DNA from: a virus
Length of the DNA stretch: 64,000 nt
Virus record (IMG/VR): IMGVR_UViG_3300008952_003529
Strand: one strand, 5' to 3'
In this document: in pieces, positions 56,593 to 64,000 of the stretch
How the letters are laid out: each line of letters begins with the position of its first letter
Position numbering within the stretch: the stretch's first letter is position 1
Program-made: the position numbers and the translations under genes
The notes under the pieces: generated by a model
The model's database searches: none
Told to the model about the DNA's origin: nothing
What the model saw: the letters and a program-made list of their open reading frames with translations, nothing else

Positions 56593-57336
56593 ATGACGAT
56601 TAGAAAAATAGTTGCATTTGATTTTGATGACACACTAGCCACCACCGAATCGCAAGTTGCGGTGCAACGTATTGATGCGTCCGGTGTGCCAGATTCTTCA
56701 TTCGAAGACTGGCTATTAGATCACAATATTCAGTATAGCGGAAGATCAAACGACTTCTATTGGTTTGATTCTGCAAATTTTGCTCTATACGAAGAGTATG
56801 CTCATGGCTTTGACGATATCATCGATTACGCTGGAACATCAACATTTGATATTGAAACTGCAGAAATAATTCCACCAATGCTTCGTAAGCTAGCCGAAGC
56901 CGAATCAGACCCTAACACTTTGGCGCTTATTGTAACTGCGCGTGGTGGTAAGAAAGAGCTGTATAGCCCATCGCAGGGCGCCACAATCCAGCCCGACAAC
57001 CGTCGTCAGATCCTTCAGTTGCTTAAAGACAATGGAGTCAGCATCGACGCCTCTCGCTTGTATACTGTGGGTGATATGAGCGAAGACAGTGCAGTTGCAA
57101 AGACTGTTGTATTGACACGTTATCTCGAAAAGTATAAACCTGAAGAGCTAATTTTTTATGATGATAATGAGAATAATGTTCGCGCTGTCGCGGAGTTATG
57201 TAAGCGTTTTGCACCATCAGTGAGGATAACGGCTTATCGTGTTGCTAATGGAGCTATTTCTTCACCCTCTGGATGCAATGAGGTGGTTAATTTACCGCGG
57301 AAAAAGATATTTAGTCGTACCGGCCGCTATCGATAA
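56593..57336 (+). CDS. HAD-superfamily phosphatase-like protein
   Basis: AFDFDDTL motif I, IVTAR motif II, AK motif III, FYDDNENN motif IV. Confidence 0.78.
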   Translation: MTIRKIVAFDFDDTLATTESQVAVQRIDASGVPDSSFEDWLLDHNIQYSGRSNDFYWFDSANFALYEEYAHGFDDIIDYAGTSTFDIETAEIIPPMLRKLAEAESDPNTLALIVTARGGKKELYSPSQGATIQPDNRRQILQLLKDNGVSIDASRLYTVGDMSEDSAVAKTVVLTRYLEKYKPEELIFYDDNENNVRAVAELCKRFAPSVRITAYRVANGAISSPSGCNEVVNLPRKKIFSRTGRYR

Positions 57337-57365
57337 AGCGCGGCCCTGTATAGAGGAGCCGCCGA

Positions 57366-58367
57366 ATGCCGCGTAGAATGATTCTTAAAGAAGAGACTAG
57401 CGCCTATAATATCGCTTTAGATGTCGTGGGTCTTATACCCGGTGTCGGTGAATTTGCAGATCTTGCCAATGCTTTAGACTATGCCCGAAAAGGTGATTAT
57501 TTGTTTTCAGCGTTGTCTTTGGTCTCTATTATTCCTGAGCTGGGAGACCTTGTTGGGAAGGGTGGTAAGGTTGCAATCGCACTTTCGAAATTGGGGAAGG
57601 GTGGCAAGGCGATGTCTAAGGCTGGCCAAGCCGCCGTTAAAAATAAGAAGTTCACTGATACATCTGACTACATTGTCAAACTTAAGAAAGTACTAACTGC
57701 GAATCAAGACTTGATTGATAGCGTTTTCGAAAAAGCAGCAGAAATCGATAATGAAGAATTGCAAGAGCACCTTCCAAGAATTAAGGAAGCTGTAGACCTA
57801 TTCATCAGAGAAGCTGAAGAGGTTGAAACAGCGGTCCTTGAAGCTACCCTACGCGAGTGCGTGCGTGAATTATTAAATGAAGGGACCGAGTTTCGTACCC
57901 TTGATTCTCCACTTACATATAATCGATACGGTGATGTTAAGCGGATAGCTTATTGCGACAACTCGGTAACAGAGCCTCCAGAATATCGTGACGCTTATTT
58001 CAAAGAATGGGAAAACTGGCGCAGGTATACAAAGAACCATAGCAGGCGACTTAAAAAGCCAGTTCTTGAAGAGATTGTCCCTGGTGTTTCCGATGTTTGT
58101 ATTATTGGATTTTTAGATTATCATTCCCAGGGGACCTATAACGACGGCCAAAACACTCATTGGTATATCGACTATATGAAGACCCGCGGGGATGCTCAAG
58201 GTACAGGCATCGCTAGTAAATTAATGGATCACTGGTACCAAACAGTCCCGCAACCTGGCGATAATGTTAATTTTGGAAAGATGATGCGGAAAGAGATTGG
58301 TCACCTTAAAGACAAGATGGTAGACAAGCACCCCGATATCAAGACTAGAGGGGGCGTGTATTACTGA
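57366..58367 (+). CDS. Modular protein: pre-toxin TG-like N-terminus and GNAT-like C-terminus
   Basis: LDVVGLIPGVGEFADLANALDY..GDY..ALSL..IIPELG; internal LRECVRELLNE; YIDYMKTRGDAQGTGIASKLM (acetyl-CoA motif A-like). Confidence 0.6.
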   Translation: MPRRMILKEETSAYNIALDVVGLIPGVGEFADLANALDYARKGDYLFSALSLVSIIPELGDLVGKGGKVAIALSKLGKGGKAMSKAGQAAVKNKKFTDTSDYIVKLKKVLTANQDLIDSVFEKAAEIDNEELQEHLPRIKEAVDLFIREAEEVETAVLEATLRECVRELLNEGTEFRTLDSPLTYNRYGDVKRIAYCDNSVTEPPEYRDAYFKEWENWRRYTKNHSRRLKKPVLEEIVPGVSDVCIIGFLDYHSQGTYNDGQNTHWYIDYMKTRGDAQGTGIASKLMDHWYQTVPQPGDNVNFGKMMRKEIGHLKDKMVDKHPDIKTRGGVYY

Positions 58368-59866
58368 TGCAAATCACTCGTAACAGAATCAGTAGAATAA
58401 TAGTCGAGTCCGAAGAACGAACTGCTTTGCTTCGAGACGTGGACGATATTCTGGATGATGTGATTATGGATGCTGCACCTGAGCTGGTTCAGATGATTCG
58501 TGAACGTGAGGTTGACGAAGATATTGACGAATTCATAGACGGTGCGCTTCATGGCGGTTGGGATGCAAGAACCCAAGACTATGCGGACCCACCTGCGGTC
58601 GGAGATGATGATGCAATCGGCGATGGTGAGACCACCGAGATGTATGTGCTTGGGTACGACTGGGGATGGGAGCATCCTCAAAAAGCGAAAGATAAGAACA
58701 TCCCACCCGCGACAAAGACCGAGATGATCGAGTACGCATTGGAGAATTTTAGCGGAAGGATCACCGAAGAATTTGTGATAGATGCTTTAGAGAAAGCGGT
58801 TGGATATGCAAAGAATCAAATTGATGACATCCATTCGCTGGTTAAGAAAGCCCAGGATCGATGGGGATGGAAAATAGCTCCAGCTGTGGTCGGGGTAGAA
58901 GTTTTTGAACACGCTATTCTGCCAAGTGTACTTGGAGCGATCCATCCAGCTTTTTATGCATTAGCCGCAGTCCCCACAATAGAGATATTGGCAGCCAGTG
59001 CTTTAGCGATTGCAAAGGCACGAATGCCCAAGAGAGAAAAAGAAGAATTGCCTCCAGGACACTTAGATTGGTACGAGGACGAAGGTCGTAAAAAGGCCGT
59101 TGGAGAAAATATAAAGATTAAAAGAAGCCAGTTAAGGCGCCTTATCCGAGAAGCTCTGTTGAACGAAGAAAAAGAGGGATACATGGTTCCTCGTTTTGAG
59201 ACCACAGAAGACATGATGCTTTTTCTTGATGAGCTTGAACCGGAAGACACAACAATGCACGATGTTGTTGATCCAGAAACTGGTGAAGTCTGGCTCGAAG
59301 CTGGGTATACACCCCTTGAAATCGGGCTTGTAGAACTTGAAGAAGAGGAGCCTGAAGAAAGCGATCCACAAGAGCTTGACAATTATGATTGGGATGCCTG
59401 GGATCGAGAGCAAGAAGAAGAAGAGAAGGCCGAAGAGGAAAAATATGAGCGTACTGTGAAGAAGGTCCAGGAAGATGCAGTCCAAGCAGGAAAGGATTGG
59501 GCAATGGATACAATGGGTGATGCGGTTCATAGTCCAAGCATGTGGCAGGACCAGGGCTACGGGCAATGGAGCTCACCTGAGGATTACGTTAGCGGCTTTG
59601 GTCAAGACGTAACAGCAGACGTTGCAGACGCGCTTCTTACGTACAGTGCTGATGAAGATGTCAATGATATGTACAAGTCACTTCCGACCGAAGAACGAAT
59701 GGGGGGATATTATAGGGACCCTTACACTGATCGACCCTCAAGACAGATTATGAAAGACATTGTTGCTGATTCTGTTTATGACGGTATCATGCAAGGTATA
59801 GAAGAATATAAGGAGAAATATCCAGAAAAGGTTTTACCATGGACAGACCTTGAGGCTACAACATGA
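58367..59866 (+). CDS. Leader-bearing acidic multidomain hypothetical protein
   Basis: MQITRNRISRIIVESEE and a second internal copy IKIKRSQLRRLIREALLNEE. Confidence 0.72.
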   Translation: MQITRNRISRIIVESEERTALLRDVDDILDDVIMDAAPELVQMIREREVDEDIDEFIDGALHGGWDARTQDYADPPAVGDDDAIGDGETTEMYVLGYDWGWEHPQKAKDKNIPPATKTEMIEYALENFSGRITEEFVIDALEKAVGYAKNQIDDIHSLVKKAQDRWGWKIAPAVVGVEVFEHAILPSVLGAIHPAFYALAAVPTIEILAASALAIAKARMPKREKEELPPGHLDWYEDEGRKKAVGENIKIKRSQLRRLIREALLNEEKEGYMVPRFETTEDMMLFLDELEPEDTTMHDVVDPETGEVWLEAGYTPLEIGLVELEEEEPEESDPQELDNYDWDAWDREQEEEEKAEEEKYERTVKKVQEDAVQAGKDWAMDTMGDAVHSPSMWQDQGYGQWSSPEDYVSGFGQDVTADVADALLTYSADEDVNDMYKSLPTEERMGGYYRDPYTDRPSRQIMKDIVADSVYDGIMQGIEEYKEKYPEKVLPWTDLEATT

Positions 59867-60333
59867 AAATTACAGAACGCGAACTTCGAAGAATTATTAA
59901 AGAACAGATGGCTTCTAAAAAAATACAACAAGTAGCAGTTGAGTGGGAGCTCGGGGATCATGATTCAACCGAAGGATTTGATAATCTTCCACCAATCGTA
60001 AATTTACCCTCTTCTGTCATGGCAGAATATAGGGCTGAGCTAGCAGAATATGGTGAACAAGACGCCGCGCATGTCATCAGCAATTGGTTAGACGATACAT
60101 TTGGGTGGCTGAGCCAGTGGGAATTTATTGGTCCCCGCCGACTACGTGAAGCGTATGTAGCATCGGCAATTGGACAGGTCCCAGTATTCGCGGAGTGGTC
60201 AGCAGACGGACTCGTGATGGAGCTAAAAACTCCGGGGGATGTACCCATCAAGTTCCGAACCCAAAGGGACGTACGAGCTCTCATTACCATGCTTGAAGAA
60301 TTATTGGATGGACCAATGAGGACATCTCCGTGA
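59863..60333 (+). CDS. Leader-bearing hypothetical protein
   Basis: MKITERELRRIIKEQ; ATGA overlap. Confidence 0.75.
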   Translation: MKITERELRRIIKEQMASKKIQQVAVEWELGDHDSTEGFDNLPPIVNLPSSVMAEYRAELAEYGEQDAAHVISNWLDDTFGWLSQWEFIGPRRLREAYVASAIGQVPVFAEWSADGLVMELKTPGDVPIKFRTQRDVRALITMLEELLDGPMRTSP

Positions 60334-60581
60334 AGATAACAAGGCGCCAGCTTAGGAGAATCATTGCTGAGGAGCTTGCTTTAGACCTCGAGGTTGGTGA
60401 TGTGATCCTAACTGGACGCTTTAAGAATAAGCGGACGGTGGTAAAGAAGCTTGGAACAGACGATCTCGGTCAACCTACTGTCAATGGGATGAAGGTCCTT
60501 TCATTTAGGATCGAAAAGCTAATGCCCAAAAGCAAGTGGAGCAAGAAAACTCTTGAAGAGCTTGAAGAGGATGAAGAATGA
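60330..60581 (+). CDS. Leader-bearing hypothetical protein
   Basis: MKITRRQLRRIIAEE; GTGA overlap. Confidence 0.72.
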   Translation: MKITRRQLRRIIAEELALDLEVGDVILTGRFKNKRTVVKKLGTDDLGQPTVNGMKVLSFRIEKLMPKSKWSKKTLEELEEDEE

Positions 60582-60621
60582 AAATCACAAAACGACAGCT
60601 TAGAAGAATTATTAGAGAAGC
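60578..60621 (+). repeat. 44-nt direct repeat, copy 1 (leader-coding)
   Basis: ATGAAAATCACAAAACGACAGCTTAGAAGAATTATTAGAGAAGC, identical to 61015-61058. Confidence 0.9.
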
Positions 60622-61018
60622 AATAATTGTTGAGGCTCGTCCAACAAATTATGAACAACTTCCATATGATATGGGCGGACCATGGGTTGATAAAGACGCT
60701 CCAGTTGGAAAAGGCGCTTCACAATACGATGACCTTGACGTAGAACTGACTGACGCAGAAATAGAAGCCTCTATGGGCTGGGAGAAGGGAACTGATTACG
60801 AACGTCATCAAGAAGTTCATTGGAAAGAGGGAGATCTTGTTCGCCAGGTTGATTTCGAGGGTGATGAATGGGGTGGAGACTACGAGAAGACTGTGGGAGA
60901 CCAGGTTGGACAAGTCATTGAAATTGATAAAGATCCGGATGGTACGCAGTATACTGTTCTTTTTCCTGACGGCACAACGGTAATGGATACTTACGATTCA
61001 TTTGAGGCGGCAAAATGA
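60578..61018 (+). CDS. Leader-bearing hypothetical protein (C-terminal SH3-like)
   Basis: MKITKRQLRRIIREA; ATGA overlap. Confidence 0.75.
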   Translation: MKITKRQLRRIIREAIIVEARPTNYEQLPYDMGGPWVDKDAPVGKGASQYDDLDVELTDAEIEASMGWEKGTDYERHQEVHWKEGDLVRQVDFEGDEWGGDYEKTVGDQVGQVIEIDKDPDGTQYTVLFPDGTTVMDTYDSFEAAK

Positions 61019-61058
61019 AAATCACAAAACGACAGCTTAGAAGAATTATTAGAGAAGC
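61015..61058 (+). repeat. 44-nt direct repeat, copy 2 (leader-coding)
   Basis: Identical to 60578-60621; a diverged third copy starts at 61378. Confidence 0.9.
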
Positions 61059-61377
61059 CACCGGCGACTGGTATAGCGATGAACACGAAACATTAGCAGA
61101 CCGGAAATTTGCTGATAGTCATCGCGGAAACGCTAACCTTAGGTCTAGTAAGGGCTGGCAAACCAGCGATGGTCGGTGCAACTCTCATAATATTTCAGAG
61201 AATGAAGCGTACGAAGCCGTCGCAGTACTACAAGAATTTGGGTTTGAGCTTGGAATACCCATAACAACTGATTCAAACAATATTGCGATTGATGATGCTT
61301 TGGCAGCATACCCTGGTGAGTATACATACGATGACTTTTACTGCGCCGTACAGGTCGTAAAAGGTCGGGGCGCGTAA
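61015..61377 (+). CDS. Leader-bearing hypothetical protein
   Basis: MKITKRQLRRIIREA; ATGA overlap. Confidence 0.75.
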   Translation: MKITKRQLRRIIREATGDWYSDEHETLADRKFADSHRGNANLRSSKGWQTSDGRCNSHNISENEAYEAVAVLQEFGFELGIPITTDSNNIAIDDALAAYPGEYTYDDFYCAVQVVKGRGA

Positions 61378-62253
61378 ATGAAAATTACAAGACGACAACT
61401 TAGAAGAATAATTCTTCAGGAGAAACAAGATCTTCCTGGAAGGTTCTTAAATTGGGTTTTCGATTCAGATGAGTATATTAAGGATGAACTTGAACAACTT
61501 CGTCACCCAAGTCTTGATACGATTGTTGATGCTGTTAATATTGCCAAACATGAGGTGGAGTTCGCGGTGTTGAAGAATTTTTTATTCAATATCAATTCCA
61601 AATTTGCAAACCGTGAGCTTATCGAAGTAACAGGGAACGATCTCAGAAGGCTTATACGAGATGTATTATTAGAAAAGAAGTTCAGCGATATTACTCCCGG
61701 GAAAAGCATTTATTTAGATGTCCCCGAAGAGGAGATTGCTTTTCATGACGCCAGCACGATCGATTTGGATGACGAAATATTTGATCTGGTGACCACCGCG
61801 TACGCTTCTCTTCCAGGAGGCAACATTAAAGTAAAAAGTCCAAATGATCTACCCGGTTCATACACTGTTTTTCGGGCAGTCGATGTCGATGAGGATCCAG
61901 ATCCTGACGCGGTGGTCTTTGGTAAGATGCGAGGTCCTAATTTAAAGATTGGTGGAATGGGTCATGATGGTGGAAAAGGCATTCGAGCTTCCATCACTGA
62001 GTTGCTGAACATGCTGCGGCAACCAGGCACATTCGCCGAGCTTTCCGGTAAGCCAGCTGAGATAGCGATCAAGGCCGGTATCCCTGCGATCATTGATCCA
62101 GATGTGGTTCAAGCTGTCGTTCGGAGAGACATTGATTGGGTTGGCGCACACCCAACGGGTCAGTACCCGGCTGGCTACGAGGGCTGGTATTCTAGAGGCT
62201 ATTCAGGTGAGTCCGGGAGTCCGCATCTGAAAATGATTTTTGGGAATGTATAA
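61378..62253 (+). CDS. Leader-bearing hypothetical protein
   Basis: MKITRRQLRRIILQE and an internal EVTGNDLRRLIRDVLLE. Confidence 0.75.
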   Translation: MKITRRQLRRIILQEKQDLPGRFLNWVFDSDEYIKDELEQLRHPSLDTIVDAVNIAKHEVEFAVLKNFLFNINSKFANRELIEVTGNDLRRLIRDVLLEKKFSDITPGKSIYLDVPEEEIAFHDASTIDLDDEIFDLVTTAYASLPGGNIKVKSPNDLPGSYTVFRAVDVDEDPDPDAVVFGKMRGPNLKIGGMGHDGGKGIRASITELLNMLRQPGTFAELSGKPAEIAIKAGIPAIIDPDVVQAVVRRDIDWVGAHPTGQYPAGYEGWYSRGYSGESGSPHLKMIFGNV

Positions 62254-63068
62254 TGAAGTTGCTGAGAGAATATGCAAGAGAAATCATGACGTCCCAGGTC
62301 GATCCCGGGAACGTTGATCTTTATATCTGCGCCAAGAAAATAAGCGTCGAGCTTGCGACCACAAACGAGACTAGAAATCGTGGTCTCATGTATCGTCATT
62401 CTCTTGGGGCAGATGATGGAATGCTTTTCGTTTTTCCAGATAACGATTACCGTTCGTTTTGGATGGAGAATACCTACATCCCTCTTTCCATTGCGTACCT
62501 CACGGAAGCTGGTACGATTATTAATATAGAAAGAATGTACCCTCACAATCGGACATCGGTGAAATCCAGGGCTCCAGCAAAGTATGCGCTCGAAACGAAT
62601 GCCGACTGGTTCAAGAAAAACGGAATCCAAGTAGGAGATTGCGTAGAAGGTCTCCCTAACTTCACTGAGACTGTGATAAGGGAGCAGGCATCATTGCGTC
62701 AAATGGTTCAAGAGCAGGAAGCTCTGGAAGCTAATGGAGATTGCTATGAGGCCGCCGGGCAATACATGATGCAAGAATGTACATTCGGTAAGGATAACTG
62801 CGGTCTCGTATTGGTTCATGGTGAAGTCATGGGCCAAGGGCCGATTGAGGGAATTACATTCGGTCATGCCTGGGTTGAGATTGATGGAATGGTAATCGAT
62901 AAATCTAATGGAAGAGACCTCAAGCTACCAGCTGCCCTTTATTATCACGCTGGAAAAATTAACGAGATTAATAATGTAATTCGGTATCCGTGGTCCGAGG
63001 CAAGAGTGAAGATTATTGACAATGGTACCTGGGGCCCTTGGGATCTAGAAACTTCGAGTGGATATTAA
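62253..63068 (+). CDS. DUF192-like domain fused to a transglutaminase-like domain
   Basis: VELA...R.RGLMYR...DGMLFVF...FWMENTYIPLSIAY...YALETNA (DUF192); then GDCYE...GHAWVE...VID (Cys-His-Asp). Confidence 0.7.
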   Translation: MKLLREYAREIMTSQVDPGNVDLYICAKKISVELATTNETRNRGLMYRHSLGADDGMLFVFPDNDYRSFWMENTYIPLSIAYLTEAGTIINIERMYPHNRTSVKSRAPAKYALETNADWFKKNGIQVGDCVEGLPNFTETVIREQASLRQMVQEQEALEANGDCYEAAGQYMMQECTFGKDNCGLVLVHGEVMGQGPIEGITFGHAWVEIDGMVIDKSNGRDLKLPAALYYHAGKINEINNVIRYPWSEARVKIIDNGTWGPWDLETSSGY

Positions 63069-63708
63069 GATGAAAAAAATACCGCAAATATTTACGACGA
63101 TAGACGCACAAGACGTTCCGGTCGCACCGGGAGTAATCGATGCGATCGAACAGGAAGAGCTTAGAGAGTGTGTGCGCGACCTCCTCAAAGAACAGGGGCA
63201 GTATTACGCCAAAGATCCAGAGAAAAGAATGGTCTGGCGCGGCATGAAGATTGATATGGGCTCTGCAAAGCTGGCTAGCGTCATTCGTAAAACATGCCGA
63301 GTCTGGGGTGATGAAAATACCGGAATGAGCAGAAGAGAAGCTCGAGACTTTATTCTTGCAAAGTGCGAAGGAAATTGCGGGGGTAGCTGGTCAACTGCCT
63401 GGAACGTTGCTGTTAGTTTCGCAGACGTCTGGGGTGTTGAGAGGAATGCAGGTAAAACCCTCCATGTAATTATTCAAGCGACTATCGATCAAGATACGGG
63501 TTACGATCCCCAAGCTGCCGGCGAAGAGCCAATGATATTTTATGATGAAGGCGAAGTCCGCATTAAAGCTGATACGCCCATTCCAATAACAGGAGTTTTC
63601 ATTTATTTTAAGAGCAAAGACAAATGGGCCAAGCCATCAAGTCCGCTACAATGGTGTGCGATGTGGAGAGATTACAAAGAAGATAGCCCAATAATAATGA
63701 AGGCGTGA
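63058..63708 (+). CDS. Putative ADP-ribosyltransferase-fold protein
   Basis: VWRG, SWST...VAVSFA and DEGEV in the R-S-E order; leader-like EELRECVRDLLKEQ. Start uncertain. Confidence 0.45.
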   Translation: MDIKMKKIPQIFTTIDAQDVPVAPGVIDAIEQEELRECVRDLLKEQGQYYAKDPEKRMVWRGMKIDMGSAKLASVIRKTCRVWGDENTGMSRREARDFILAKCEGNCGGSWSTAWNVAVSFADVWGVERNAGKTLHVIIQATIDQDTGYDPQAAGEEPMIFYDEGEVRIKADTPIPITGVFIYFKSKDKWAKPSSPLQWCAMWRDYKEDSPIIMKA

Positions 63709-63710
63709 CC

Positions 63711-64000
63711 GTGCGAATCACTGAGCTAGAGCTAAGATATCTAATCGCTGAAGCGTTGTCCGGCCCAAGTGGTTTAGATGAGAAAGCAGTCCGCGGACAT
63801 GGGAAAGATAAGAAGGTTCTGTATCACATTAATCGCTTTCGTCCCGCTCGTCCCCAGCCAAAAATGTCGTATTTTCGAGAATGGGACCCGGATGCAATTG
63901 ACCCGGACACGCATGAAAGAACAGGCGACTATGTAGACGTTCCAGGAACCGACAACTGGCAACGACACTGGCTTGATAGTCCAGTTAAGTCCGGCGTTTT
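63711..64000 (+). CDS. Leader-bearing hypothetical protein, partial (3' end outside window, absent from ORF track)
   Basis: GTG at 63711 opens MRITELELRYLIAEALSGPSG... with no stop before the window end. Confidence 0.7.
   Translation, partial: MRITELELRYLIAEALSGPSGLDEKAVRGHGKDKKVLYHINRFRPARPQPKMSYFREWDPDAIDPDTHERTGDYVDVPGTDNWQRHWLDSPVKSGV

Noticed and set aside
60578-61421. Repeat-spacer pattern resembling a CRISPR array
   Set aside because: The repeats are in-frame protein leaders spaced 360-440 nt apart, not palindromic, and no cas genes are present. No CRISPR array was seen in the window.
1-64000. Stop-codon reassignment (alternative genetic code)
   Set aside because: Conserved enzymes are full length in code 11, and TAA, TAG and TGA all end genes at expected positions.

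Overview
This window looks like a 64-kb segment of a very large (jumbo/huge) bacteriophage genome, read in the standard genetic code, not a bacterial chromosome. It is densely coded and almost all on the + strand. It holds a T4-style replication module (gp32-like SSB, RecA/UvsX, 5'-3' exonuclease, DnaB/gp41-like helicase, class II RNR), a DnaE polymerase and the tail of a family A polymerase. Auxiliary genes include IscU, ClpP, glutamine synthetase II, malate synthase, isocitrate lyase, ThyX, SOD, GroEL, peptide deformylase, a sigma factor, an FtsZ/tubulin homologue, tRNA-Ala(TGC) and tmRNA. Two systems stand out. (1) A putative cytosine hypermodification operon at 23.0-30.3 kb pairs a T4 gp42-like dCMP hydroxymethylase and a T4 BGT-like glycosyltransferase with UDP-galactopyranose mutase and an epimerase, suggesting a furanose-glycosylated cytosine. 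(2) Many unrelated proteins share an MKITKRQLRRIIRE-type leader, several carrying effector-like domains (ART, GNAT, kinase). Family calls come from motifs recalled by eye; no database searches were run.
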